From: the human T2T-CHM13v2.0 reference genome, Homo sapiens
Length of the DNA stretch: 64,000 bases
Strand: one strand, 5' to 3'
NCBI RefSeq assembly: GCF_009914755.1
Contig: NC_060925.1
The notes beneath the pieces were generated by a model. That model did not search any database and had not been told where the DNA came from. It saw only the letters and a list, made by a program, of their open reading frames with translations. Positions 32,165-45,379 of this stretch are shown piece by piece (position 1 is the stretch's first letter; each line of letters begins with the position of its first letter). Both the position numbers and the translations under genes were made by a program.

Positions 32165-32663
32165 ACTGGGTACAGGACAGGTGTCTAAGCACAGCACTCA
32201 AAGCCCTTACAATAAGACTTCAGCAACAGACTTTGTGCTGTGGCCACACATACCACACTTTACTGATCTTTGAGCACGGGATACCTTTTCAAGCCTTATC
32301 CCTTTAGAGATGCTTTCTTATACCTGGAATGCCTATCTGCCTCTGTTCTAGTTGTCAAACTCCTATTCAGTTTTCAAGTCTTGTTAAAAGTGAAGGTTCC
32401 TGGGCTCCAGTCCCAGAGACAAAAATTCGGTAGATCTAATGTGGGGCTTAAGAATGTGCATTTTTAATATGCACCTCAAAGTGATTTTGATGCAGGTGGT
32501 TTCACAACAGCACTTTGAGAAATACACCTCTAAGATTAAGAGGGTTTAGGTTGGCTAATACCTTTTAGCATCTGTGACATCTAATAACTTGATCCCCATC
32601 TCCAACTATGTGTCAAGGGGATATAAAGTTGCAAATATTACAAACCTAAGTTCTAAAACTTGC

Positions 32664-32754
32664 CTGTTTGACATTTCTCTTTGGAATTTGCTCTTTGACT
32701 CTTGAAGGGGTAGCTTACTTCCCCTGGTACTTGAACTCAAAGTGTTTCCAAATC
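32664..32754 (-). CDS. HFM1: HFM1 coding exon (~exon 36): GFGNTLSSSTRGSKLPLQESKSKFQREMSNS, ending at a GC donor
   Basis: cttcacatag|GA ... CAG|gcaagt; 91 nt; phase 2 joins the next exon in frame. Confidence 0.88.
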
Positions 32755-32997
32755 CTATGTGAAGAGATAACATTTTGAAACAAAATGCCAAGAAACAGCT
32801 GAATGAAGCTTTTCACAAGTTCTACAACGTTCTCTCCAACAGATATGATCTGATTAAGGAAGGAATGAATAATTCTCAGTAACCTAATTTAATTTGCATA
32901 GAAAAATTAGGGGCACAAGGCTAAGGGAGTAAAACTCTAAAACATATAGATTAGCTTATTAGTAACTATATTAAAAGGTCTTCAAGCCACCTGTGTT

Positions 32998-33192
32998 GTG
33001 GTAAAATACGTATTTGGTCTTTGACTCCTGTTTCTAACTCTACTGGGTTGGAAGACACCCAGCTGGTATTCACTGTGGAACTGATTGCTTGCTTGGCGTG
33101 TGGGAAAAAACCCACACCCATTTGGTCATAGATGTCTTCTGGGCTGATCATGGTGTGAGAGTGAGGAAAAACAGTTTGTGTTTTTGCACTCA
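32998..33192 (+). mobile_element. Internally deleted MER21-family LTR
   Basis: 5' end (tatttggtctttg) joined directly to the 3' end (gacacccagctggt...aaaaacagtttgtgttttt). Confidence 0.6.
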
Positions 33193-34391
33193 CTCTCGTT
33201 ATTTATGTACTTACATTTTCATTCACATAAATGATCAAGTTGAAGTTCACTCAATATTTTCAGTGGTCTGCTCATAATCATTTAAAGTGCTCTATACATG
33301 GGGGAAAATGGCACTTATTGAGACTGATTTTCCCAGTGACAAAGCTGTGCCGTCTTAGGACTAGGCTACCTCAAAGGATCAGTACACATTGCCTATTAAC
33401 TTGCAGTACCCAATGACACTTAAGTTTGAGGTAGGGAACAGTAGTTGTCTGGTGATAAACAAAATTGTGCCTAATGACCCCACATCATGGAGATTCTCCT
33501 GGCCTATTCTGTGAAGGTGGTCAAATCCTGTTCTTTTCAGAAGCAGTATTAGTTCTCTAGGTAATTCTAAGGGCCCCCAAAACAATAACATTTCAACTTC
33601 TAACTGCTTCCCTTTGAAATACTCTTTTAAAAACATGAGGTGGGGTATGGTAAGTGGTATCTATAATTGTGGAAATACCAGTCTGCACTGAGAAGGCTGA
33701 GGGACTGATTTATTTCTGTCAGCCCTAATGGGAGACAGTATCTCCATTGCTATCTTGTCACATACTGGCCAAGGTTTTCAATTCTCTGTTTTAGTGAAAT
33801 AGAGTAAATTTGCCTTTCACTCAAAGAGCTAATAAGCCTCATTATTTTGGGGTTGTATATGATTTAAATAGAATTTCTAGTACAGGAGAAACTAATCTTT
33901 CTTTCTTATTTACTTATTTATGTATTAACTTATTTATTTACTTCAAGCTGAAAGTCCATATTTCAACTAGAAATAAAAGTTATTTTCTTTGCAAGCAGAT
34001 GAATAGTTTTAAAAATGTATTTTTTTGTTCTCCACAAATATTAGCAGACCATTTGTGATCTTAGAATGGAGAACAAAATAGTCTGTTTCATGAGAGAAAA
34101 TTGAATAAACAATTTGAATTTGACTTTTACAAGAGATAGGAGCAATAGAATAGAAAGTGCTCATTTGCTACATTATCATCATGGAATAACCTTGATCTCT
34201 GTTCTTAGGGGGGAAATGTTCTTTGTAGAAGAGTCACATTTTCAGTTTTGCTAAAAATTATAATCTTAACAAACCAAATCTAACTAAACAAGCACACACA
34301 ACAAAGGCAAAGAAACTTAGTTCCAGGAGCTGAAATGAAAAATATTCAAAGAATTCCTAATGAAATGATTGCATGCTAAGTATGATTTTAC

Positions 34392-34502
34392 CTGATATTT
34401 TTGTCTTCTCAGTATCAGTTGAAAAGCTAGTAACTTCTAAGTTTTCATCATCAAAATCATCCCAAACTTCATTTCCCAATTCAAAGTTCACATTCAAAAC
34501 TT
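34392..34502 (-). CDS. HFM1: HFM1 coding exon (~exon 35): EVLNVNFELGNEVWDDFDDENLEVTSFSTDTEKTKISG
   Basis: ctctattttcag|AA ... TCAG|gtaaaa; 111 nt; lies inside track ORF 34357..34719. Confidence 0.92.
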
Positions 34503-35222
34503 CTGAAAATAGAGAATTGCTTTTATCTGCATCTGTCAAATGTTGGTTTCCAGATATATTAAGATTTCTGTTGAAGAACACTGTTTGAGAGACTTTCTCA
34601 TTTGAAGTTGTAGAACAGTTACATCTAGAAAAATCTGTTATGTGTATGTATAAAAGACTATAGGTACTTTTTAAACCACAAGCATCGTAGTCTATTGATA
34701 TATCAAACACATCTTTCAACTACTAAACAGAGTTCTTGAGTAATAGTTTTCAAAGGCATTGTGTCAAGCATTGTTGAATACTGTATTCAGCCAATTCTAT
34801 TAACTGTATAAAGTTGCACTAAATTTAATTTTCAATACATTTTTTAGGCAATTAATTTTTCCTCTTAATTCCCATATTAGAATAACTCTACTCCAAGATT
34901 GGATTATAATAGTTTCTAAAATGGTCTTCCTCCTCCAGATCTTCTCCCTAAAGTTAATTTTCAGTATTGTTATAAAAGGTATTTGTCCAAAATAAATAAT
35001 ATTTATTTTTCTCCTGCTAAAAAATCCTCAGTGTTATTCATTGTTTACAGCCTGGATTTAGAGCCAAATTACATAAGTGAAAATTCCACTTCTCTCATTT
35101 ATTAGTTGTATGGTCTTAGACAGTAATTCAAACTTCCTGATTCTGCAAAATAAGGCAACAACAGTACCTACCTCAAAAGATTGTTATGAGGCGCTAAATG
35201 CCTTTAGTTGTACAGTTTTACA

Positions 35223-36108
35223 CAGTATTGTGCTAATAAATGTTTAATAGCTACCTCTACAAAAAGCGTATGCTTATGTATACACATATAAGTTTATTAT
35301 AATCTTTGCTGATGTAAAGGCTATACAGCACACGTTTTACAAATAACAACATATATGGTATACTTAAATGTAAATTCCATATATCTAATTGATTCTCATT
35401 GAATGTTTTCATTAAGTTTTGCCACTGTTTTATCTGTAGTCAACCTATGGCTGCAAGTGACGAATGTAGCTCTCATGTGAATGTTGTTTGATATTTTTGT
35501 TGACTCTAACAAGTAAGATGAAAATATTAATAAAACAACAAAGACATCTGTTGGGATTTCACTCATTCACCATTGACTTAAGCAACTTCTTTCCTGAATT
35601 AGATAGTAATTTTCAAATACTAGAAGAATATTCTCTCAATTTTTTGTGTTATTCACAATGTAATGGCTACAATAACAACACACATTTGTTTAATCTACAA
35701 TATTAAAATTTTATCCTTCACTTTCTTAAGTCTAAAAAATAAGCAAAACAATAAATCAAACCCAGATTGGTAGTATTTGCTGATTCCTATGGTATAAATG
35801 TTCCCACCATAACTGATTTCAAGCTATTAATGTGACATAATTGAATAAGAAGTTGGGAAAAAATGCACGACAGAACCCTATAATATAGTATTTCTACCAT
35901 ATGGATAAATAATCTCGAGAACACAGATAAGAGTAAAATGCAGTAGAACAATTAGGAAGTGATGAGTTTTGAGTATTTTTGCCTTTGTTTTTAACATAAT
36001 TTAATTGAAAGTTTATGTAATTAAATTTTCAATAATGGCTGAAAGATTCTTGAAAATTTAATAATCATCTCTCATAAGTTAGTATAAACTTGCTCCAGCA
36101 TATCACTG
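35223..36108. mobile_element. MER63 (hAT-Blackjack) non-autonomous DNA transposon
   Basis: Degenerate TIRs cagtattgtgct / agcatatcactg and MER63 internal motifs (attaggaagtgatgagttttgagtattt). Confidence 0.75.
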
Positions 36109-36219
36109 AGTTTCCTCCACTTTAAATATCTTCTATGAATTTCTTCACCTGTCCAAACCCTTCCTTATTCTTCAACTGTACCTATAACTACAGTTCACAT
36201 TACTCTACTTTTGTATGTT

Positions 36220-38440
36220 GATGTGCACACACTGAGACACACAATGTATATATGTACTAAAAATGGAAGTTTGTACAGAGTGCAATGGGAATGCAGAGGA
36301 AGGAGGATCTAAACCTGCAATGGAAGTAAGACATACTCTTCTAAGGTGATACCACATGACAGACAGACTCCTGAGGTGATAACATATGAAGGAAGAGTAG
36401 TCAGAATTTCAGCTTGATAGAGCTGTAGTTGTGAAGCAGGGCAAGAGCAAAGGGAACCTATGCTATGAAGGGAGAACACCATGTAAAAGACACAGCAATA
36501 TGAGAGAACAGAGAATTTGGGGAGAACTGTAAGTTTTCAGGATTTCTGGAGCACAAAGTTGGAGAAGGCAGGGTCCATTGTGTCTGCACAGGTAGTTAAG
36601 TGCTAGATCACGTTGAAGCTTATTTGCCATATTAAGGAGATTTTTTTGTTTTTTGTTTTTCTTATAGGTAAAGGATAACTATTGAAGATGTTTCAGCAGA
36701 AGGTTTACACAACCAGATATGTCTGTCAGATCACTTTGAATATTATGGATTGAAGGATAATGAGACTGAAAGCAGAGAGAAAAGTAAGTTATTGCAGTAA
36801 ACAAGAGAGAATGAATGCTTAAGCTAGAGTATCAGCAGAAAGGATAGAGTGGAAATAACAAATATGAGAGATGTGCAGGAGGCAAAATAATTAAGATTTG
36901 GTGATTATTTACATGTGGGGTGAGCTATTTAGAAGGACACTTTAGCAGCTTAACAAAGTAAAGAGTTCATTCATTGAGCTAAGGCAAAAAGAAAAGGTGT
37001 AGAGTGAGGTAAGAAGAAGACAGAGTTCAGATGCTGACATGTCTGATATGTTAACTGTTAGGTGGATATGTCCAGGAAGGTGATTATACAGATGGATTTG
37101 GAGTTAGAAAGAAAGGTCTAGATGGGAGATACAGCTTTAGAAATTATCAAAACATAGTCAGTGATTAAAGACACGGGCTTGGGTGATACTGTATAGGAAA
37201 AGTTTTTGAAGTGAGAAGAATAAAAAAAAAAAAAAGAAAAAAGAATCCTTTTGCAACATCAACAGGAAGAAAAGCCCATGCAGTCTAAGAAGTAACAGGA
37301 GACCAACATAATGGTTTTACTGAAATCAAAGGAGAGATTTCCAAAAGAAAGGAAAGACCAGTAGTATCAAATACTATAGAGGTCAAAGAGATTAACAGTT
37401 GAAAACAGTTCACTGAATTCAGAACTTAGAAAGTCACTAAATGGCCTGAACAAAAACAGCTTCAAAGGACTGATACACAGAAAACCTAAATTTTAATGAA
37501 TAAAGAGTAACTAGGGTATAAGGAAGTGATGAGCATACTGAGTGTCAATTGCTCTTTCAATTAATTTTTGTTTTGATGAGAAAGCAAGAGATAGAGGGTA
37601 TGGGGACTCTAGAATTCTGTTTTTTGTCTGCCTGGTATGCTTTCCCTTCTTTTAGTGGGAGTACCCTCCCTTTCCTTTGAGGAAACTGCTTCTACAATTC
37701 TACTGGATCCTAGTAAGGCCGTTATTCATGGTGCCCTGCCTTCTCTGGGGCCACAGGTATACAACGACCCAATCGTCAGGTTACTGGGATTGATCAAGGG
37801 ATAAACACATGACTCAAATGAGGCCAGTTAGAATGAGCTCTGGTCTGCCAAAACTAACAGGGAAGTCTACCTTTTTCCACTGAGGCGCTAAACTGGTAAG
37901 ATGTAAGTTAGGGGCTACCTGCTGTGTGAGAAACCCTATTAAAAAGTAAAGCCAAGTAGCAACAGGCATAGCTAAAAGATTGAGAGAAAGCCAGAGGCAT
38001 GAGTGCCTTGATTTAGCCAGAATTAAGCCAGATACTTTTCAGTTTACTTGAGACAATTGGTTCCTTTTCTTGTGCTTAAGTCATTTTGAGTAGAATTTTT
38101 ATCATTTATAATAAAAAAGTCATGACCAGAAGCTGAAGAAGGAAGAGACTTCAGCATATTTATATGCTAAAGGGAAAGACACAGTGGAGAGGAAACAATG
38201 AAAATATGGGAAAGAGGAGATGGATAATGATCTTCTAAAGTCCCAGGGAAAGCAGGATTGGATAGAATTAAGATTACAGGAGGAGAGATATGCCTCGAGT
38301 GGAAGAAAAGATAAGTTTTCTTTTAAGACAAATAGATGGTTACAGATGGATGCAGAGACAGGGAAATATATAGTTGAGGGGTGGGGCAAAAAGCTGAAAG
38401 AGTTCATATACTACTGGTTCAATTTTCAGTTCTCCACTGA
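36220..38440 (-). mobile_element. Long L2 remnant interrupted by an MLT1K-like LTR (~37615-38128)
   Basis: Purine-rich L2 antisense signature; MLT1 3' end gcttaagtcattttgagtagaattttt. Confidence 0.6.
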
Positions 38441-40358
38441 TCACTAAAAGTCAATTTCATTTTATAGAAATGGCATTGGGCTGGGAATCAAAAGATATGG
38501 AATCTTTTTCTGGCCTTGCCATTAATTAGATATGAAATTTTTGGGCAAGTCATTTAATCTCTTGGAGTCTTGGCTTCTTTCACTATAAAATGAGCAATTG
38601 CATAAAGGTCCCTTCCAATTTAAATCTTATGATTCAACATGCTTTCTCATATAATTTGTGACATTTTTTCTTCTTCCCTTTTTGAAATTGGAATACAGAA
38701 GATAAAAACTGCCATGCTTTTTAAAAAACATTCTCAAAAGCAGTATTTGAATACATTTAAAGTATGTTTTGCCACCAAAGACTAATATGTGAAAAATATA
38801 ATAAACATAATTAGTTATTACTAACAGTACCAGAAACCCTAACAGCTTTACATGCATTATCTCATTTAATCCTAAAACCCCTAAAATATAACCAGATGAG
38901 CAACTTAGACAAAGTGGTTAAGTAGATTATGAAAGGTTATACTAAATATCAGAGCTAGGACTTGGACAGATGGTTTTCAGATCCTGCGAACTTAACTACT
39001 ATACCATGCAGCAACTTCTTAAAAAAAAAATGGCCCACTCAGTAAAACAGGGATAGAGTTATTATTGGGGGTTAAAGTATCTAGATGAGACTTTAATATC
39101 ATAATATAAATTGGATTTGGAATAGTGAGTGGGAAAGAAAAGTAGGAAAACCATGTAAATATAACACAAAAGTAAGCAGAGGGAAGGATAGACAAGCTCT
39201 TGTATGCAGAAGGACAGGTAATAATGTAGTAATATAAGGAAGGAGTAAGTTAGAGGGCTACATGTTGAACAAAGATAAATATAAGAAGGTTGACAATTTT
39301 ATACTTCCTATCCGCTTTGTAATGACATCCAGGCTTTGAATAAGTTGGATAAATGCTCTGGTTCTCCAGGTGAGATTAGGGAACTTTTCTTGATCTCATT
39401 ATTGGGCCTAATAGCTGCCATGGTATCACAAGAGGTAGTGAATACTCCAGCCCTTGACTCTGTAAAATCTTAAATTATGACTAGAGGAAAAAAAAGTTAC
39501 AACATGAAGAAAAAAAAATGACAGCATGAAGAAAAGAATGTCAACAGAAGCCAATGCCAAACACATGAAATGATTTTCAGAAAACCCCAAGCTTACCATT
39601 TCTACATACAGCCACTTGAAGAAATAACTCAATGGATAGGATTGTCTCATGTTTTAACAGACTGGCTATTAATAGCATTATTCAGGGAAATTATGCTCTA
39701 TTAATTGCAGGAACCAGAGTAATGATGAACCAGGCAGTGTTGAATTTATATGCATTATCTCATTAATTTAATGACGGACACAGATAAAAAAGCAAATCTA
39801 GATTACAAACTAGCTATATCCCACAACCTAAGTTATTTTCTCATACTAACACAGAATTGTAAGAATCATAGGTTTAAGAATTGGAGAGATATTAAAGGTC
39901 ACCCAGTTCAATACCTTCATCTTAAAGATAAGACTAAAGCCCAAAGAGATTAAATAACTTGCCCAAGGTCACATTGATATTTTGTAAAACTGGACTAGTT
40001 TTATAAACATAAAATTATTTTAAATAATTCTAATGATATATGAATGTAATCATTCAGTATGTTAATACTCTATATACCCAAGGATCCCTTATTTGCTCAG
40101 GTTTTCCTCATAGTATATTTAAATTAAAATAGCATTATGTAGGAAAGAGATTTTTTTTTAAAAAGTACAACAAACAGAGTAAGACCATCTCAATAACAGA
40201 CCCAAGAATTTGAAAATGATTCAGTAATCTAAGAGAAAAATGTTGCCAAGTTAATAATCATAACAATTTCAGATGCCGGTGTTTCAATAACACTACTTGT
40301 CAATTCAAAGTAATAATAAGCCATTTACTCTCTCAAGTAAGTATCAATGGTAATTTAC

Positions 40359-40462
40359 CTTTGTCTTGATATTCAGATGGTTCTTGTCTAACTTTTCCAT
40401 AGATTTCAGGCTGATCCCACTGCTCCATTATAGGCAATTCAGATATGTTTAAATATTCTGAC
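40359..40462 (-). CDS. HFM1: HFM1 coding exon (~exon 34): SEYLNISELPIMEQWDQPEIYGKVRQEPSEYQDK
   Basis: ttataaag|G ... AAAG|gtaaat; 104 nt; in frame. Confidence 0.92.
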
Positions 40463-41376
40463 CTTTATAAAGATAAAACCATGAAAATGTTAAAGAAAAT
40501 ATGAAAATTAATCTAAGCCTGAAAACTATTTATTCATATAAACAAAAATAATGATTTATCCATTTAACACTTCTATGATACACTGGACCCAGGCTGGGTA
40601 GCAAATAAATAGGTGTTTCATGGAAGTGACCAATACTTTCCTTTACATGCCCTTAGTTAGATAACAAAAGCCAGGATCTCTAGAAGTACTGCTGGCATCT
40701 ATTCTGATGAGTCAGTTCCTGTTCTGTACTAGTTGTTAAATACATTGAATGTCATTCCTGCATATAGAATGCCCTTATCTAGCAGGGAAATTACATATAT
40801 GATTGTCCTGTAGGCATCAGGATACAGGAAAAGAACAATGAGTTACCACCTAAGGCCTTCTGCTTGCTAACTAGGAATATGAACTTCAGTTTTTCCATCT
40901 ATACAATGGGACGAAAAAATACCTCATTTTATGGGCCATGTTGTTGTTTAAGTCAGAAAATATAATGCACAAATGTGTAATTTTCGTATTATAAATCTGA
41001 GATATTATTAATATGGACTGAGCTTCTAAATGGAAAGGTTAGACTGTACACCAACATGATTTCCATTTTAAAGTATACTCTTGTCACTTAGTTTATATTC
41101 CCTATAAAGAGAGAACCTAAGGGAATGACAGAGGATAGGTAGTTTCCTAGGGAAGAGATGATCTAATGAATGTTATTTCATAACTGCAGAGTTCGAAATA
41201 AATTTAGGGTATCAAAGATAATGAAACCATTATGATGTTATTGCTTCACTATGGAACTAAACGATAACTGTGACTTGATGGTAGCCAGTGACTATCTTTC
41301 CCTGAATAAGTGGTTACCTGCAGGAACAGAGTTTACGATAAATATTTTACCTTAGATATTAACATTATATTTGTAC

Positions 41377-41456
41377 CTTGATATACTAGGAAGGGAAGGT
41401 TTTGGAGTAAAACCAAACTCTTTAAGGTCCACACTTTGAGATTTATTCATCTGTAT
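41377..41456 (-). CDS. HFM1: HFM1 coding exon (~exon 33): IQMNKSQSVDLKEFGFTPKPSLPSISR
   Basis: ttcattaatag|ATA ... AG|gtacaa; 80 nt; phases match both neighbours. Confidence 0.9.
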
Positions 41457-41623
41457 CTATTAATGAAACAAAAATAAGTTCAACTATCAGTTTCACATCA
41501 ATAACTTGTAACACATGAGCCAAACAACAAAATTCCTGCTGGTACATAAAGTCCCCAAATCAATGAATTAGGAGAAACTCAGGTTAGTTCTTGACTCGAA
41601 TATTTCACTCAGGCCCTTCTTAA

Positions 41624-41929
<306 letters not shown>

Positions 41930-43274
41930 TAAATGTTGGCATTCTTCATGGTTCTTTACTAGGTCTCTTCTTACACTACACCTTCTCAATCAAAGATCTC
42001 ATTTATTCCTGTGGCTTCAATTGTCATCTACATGTGAATGACTCTCAAATTTCTACTTCTCGCTCAGCTCTGTCTCCTGATTTTCAAACAGTTATATCCA
42101 GCTGTCTGTAGGACATCCTTAGCTAGACATCTTGCAGGCCCTCTAAATTCAGTGTTTCCCAAGTTGAACTTATCCTGTTCTCTATTTCAGCAAACTTGCT
42201 TTTCCTTCAGAATATCTACCTGAATGAGACCCCACTTTTCTCCCAGTTGCTAATGCCAGAAACCTGGGCATCATTTTTGACTGTTCCTTCTATTTTGTCT
42301 CTTATAACCAATGAAGTAGCAAGGTAGCGATTCTACCTCTGAAAAATATTTTAACCCAGTCACTTCCCTCCATTGCTATTGCCACTACCCTAAACTAGGC
42401 CATTATTTTGCTTAGATTATTGTAAAAACCACCTAATGAGTCCCTTTGTTCCTATTCTATCATCCTCTAATCCCTTTTCTACATTGCAGTCAGAGTGACT
42501 TTTACAAAATACAATTTTGATCATGTCACTGGTTAAAATCTTTCATTGGCTTCTCAGTACTTTCATGATAAAGTCTAATCCCTTAAAATAGCAAAAAGGT
42601 CTGCATGATCTAGCTCCTACTTGCCTCTTCAGCCTCATCTCTCTCTACTCCTTTACTTGTAATCAAACTCTAGACATACTGTATTACTGAGAAAGAGTTT
42701 CTTTAAAGATCCCTCTCTCTCTCTCTTTCTTTATACCTCTGGACCTTTGTATAATCTCTATGCTTGGAATATTTAGCTATCCCTTCCTACGATCATTCTG
42801 GTGCCTGCCCCTCCATCCTTGGCTTATCCTTCAGGTCCCAATCACATCTATTAGGAATCCTTTCTTGGTCCATCAAATGTGGATTGAGTACATTTTCTAT
42901 CTAAACTTAACTGTGTTGTACTTCTGTCACAGAATCACTCATCACACTATATTAAAAAAGCATGTTTACTTACTTGTATCTCTCACTCTACTACAAATTC
43001 TATGATTGGGAATAAGACTGTCTTAATCGTCACTGTATCTTAGCACTTTGGCATATTCTTGGTGCTCAAAGAAGATGGAAGGAAAGAAGAAAGATTTAGA
43101 AGAAAAAAGGAAAGAAGAAAGAAGGGAAGATGGATTATGAATAACGGTAATATTCTTAGTCAAGCCCACAAGTAATTCTATAGTACACTGTGGATACCTA
43201 ATTGACAGACAGAACAAAGAATATTTATATACGTTTAACTACAGAACAATGGGAAAAATGTTATTAAAACTAAC

Positions 43275-43390
43275 CTTCAGACGTTTAACTGGAGGAACAG
43301 ATGAAACAGCATTCCTGTTTCTTAAATCAGATAAATATGAAGAAATTGTTGACTCTTTAATTTCTGACTTCTGTGCAACTCCAATTTTAC
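43275..43390 (-). CDS. HFM1: HFM1 coding exon (~exon 32): CKIGVAQKSEIKESTISSYLSDLRNRNAVSSVPPVKRLK
   Basis: ttttcatag|GT ... AAG|gttagt; 116 nt; completes the CC-K of the zinc finger in frame. Confidence 0.95.
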
Positions 43391-43628
43391 CTATGAAAAG
43401 AAACTTCAGATTCTTTAGGTTAAACTTCAGATCTTATTCTTATAAAGTCAAATTTCTTTAAAATTTCAAATCTAGTATTTACTTTTTTCATGTTGCCCAC
43501 AGAGAGAAAATTATTTGCATTATTAAGTTGCATAATATAAATATCATACATAATTAGGATGTCATTACTATCCACCAAAGACCTTTCAATTTTGAACACT
43601 TTAAATAAACTTGTTTTAAGGAACTCAC

Positions 43629-43709
43629 AGCAGTCATGTCCACATGTATGTTTACTTTTACAAAGATGATTGCATTCTCGGTTCCCAGGTTTTTTGCTGG
43701 CAGTCGTTC
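43629..43709 (-). CDS. HFM1: HFM1 coding exon (9th from last, ~exon 31) carrying most of the C4-type zinc finger: TTASKKPGNRECNHLCKSKHTCGHDC
   Basis: Acceptor atttag|GA and donor TGCT|gtgagt; 81 nt, phase 1 to phase 1. The CxHxCxxKxxCxHxCC motif is typical of Mer3/HFM1. Confidence 0.95.
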
Positions 43710-43858
43710 CTAAATTAATATAAGAAAAACAAATCCATTTGTCACTACATTTATTATTGTTAATTTAATATAATTAATTTTTATCCAGTTTCCTTCCTTT
43801 CAGACAATACAAAAATATTGATTTTTATACTTTCTCAAGTGTTTTGTAATCCACGTAA

Positions 43859-44029
43859 TTTTTTTTTTAATAAAGAGATAGGGTCTTGCTATCTTGCCTA
43901 GGCTGGAGTGCTATGGCTATTCACAGGCATGATAATTAGTATTACAGCCTCAATCTCCTGGGCTCAAGAGATCCTCCTGTTTCAGCCTTCCAAGTAGCTG
44001 GGACTACAGGCACTTACCACCATGCCTGG
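43859..44029 (-). mobile_element. FAM (fossil Alu monomer)
   Basis: Single monomer keeping the 7SL-like ggctattcacaggc segment; TSD gtaattttt. Confidence 0.8.
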
Positions 44030-44127
44030 TAATTTTTAAAACATATTTTTGATAAGTTACTCCCTGCCCCACTATTACTCCCAACAAGAAACATCTAGCC
44101 ACCTACAAGCTTCTCTCAACCTCCCTG

Positions 44128-44618
44128 GTGTGTGTGTATAATCTCCCTGGTGGGTGTGTGTGTGTGTGTGTGTATACTTTATATATATATAATATATATA
44201 CTTTAAATATGTATAATATATATACTTTATATATATACTATATACTAATATATATAATATATACTATATATAATATATACTAATATATATAATATATACA
44301 CTATATATAATATATACTAATATATATTATATATACTTTATATAATATATACTAATATATATAATATATATACTTTATATATAATATATACTAATATATA
44401 TAATGTATATACTTTATATATAATATATACTAATATATAATATATATACTTTATATATAATATATACTAATATATATTATATATACTTTATATATATAAT
44501 ATATACTTATATATTATATATGCTTATATATATAATATATACACTAATATATAATATATATACTTTATATATTATATTTTATATATACTTTATATACATT
44601 ATATTATATATATATAAA
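44128..44618. repeat. (TG)n followed by a ~445-bp TA-rich minisatellite
   Basis: Almost pure A/T; recurring tatactaatatata and tatactttatata units. Confidence 0.95.
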
Positions 44619-45379
44619 ATAGGGCCAAATATGGCCACATATCAGTAACTTTTTTACTAAATGAGGTAAGAATGAGGGTGGAGTTTAAAAACACTTCTGT
44701 TGCTTTGTACTCAAGCCTGAAAAACCTGTAAAGAAGTAAACATTATGGCATTTTGATGGTACTGCTGACAGAAGTTAGTAAACAAGATGTAATACATATT
44801 TAATACATATTAGAAATAAATGCTTTAGGGATCTAAGAAATTAGCTATATGAATTTACAGGAAAGAGAGATTGTTTCCATCCTGACTCCTCTAAGTTAGA
44901 ATTAATATATCTAAATACATGATTTACTCTTAATTTATTATATTTTAAATCAGCTTTTTCTTGATCTTAGCTCTCACTAGTAGCACGGGGAAGGAGAGAG
45001 ATGTTTGAACTGGTCCTTGAAGGACAGATGGAAATACGAACATGAGAATGAGACAAAGGGAAGATATTCCAGGTGGAGGGCAAATACCCAAAAGCAGCAA
45101 ATCACCGATTGTAAGAGCTGAAATCAGCTTATTTTTGCTGCAGCATAGATTTTAAGTGAACCAGAAATGTTGGAGATAGTGGAGAGCTTGAAAACTTTAC
45201 AACATTTCTTGGTACTTTACTCTTCATTTTCGGTACCATTGTTCAGTCAAGCTTTCCAAGTCATGGCACGTCTAGACAGTGATAATATACATATTGCAGC
45301 CTAGGGTAAATGGATGAGGCTGCTCAACATATGAGGCAACGGCTGGTCCTTAGAGCTGAACAGATCAATGTATTGGGTA

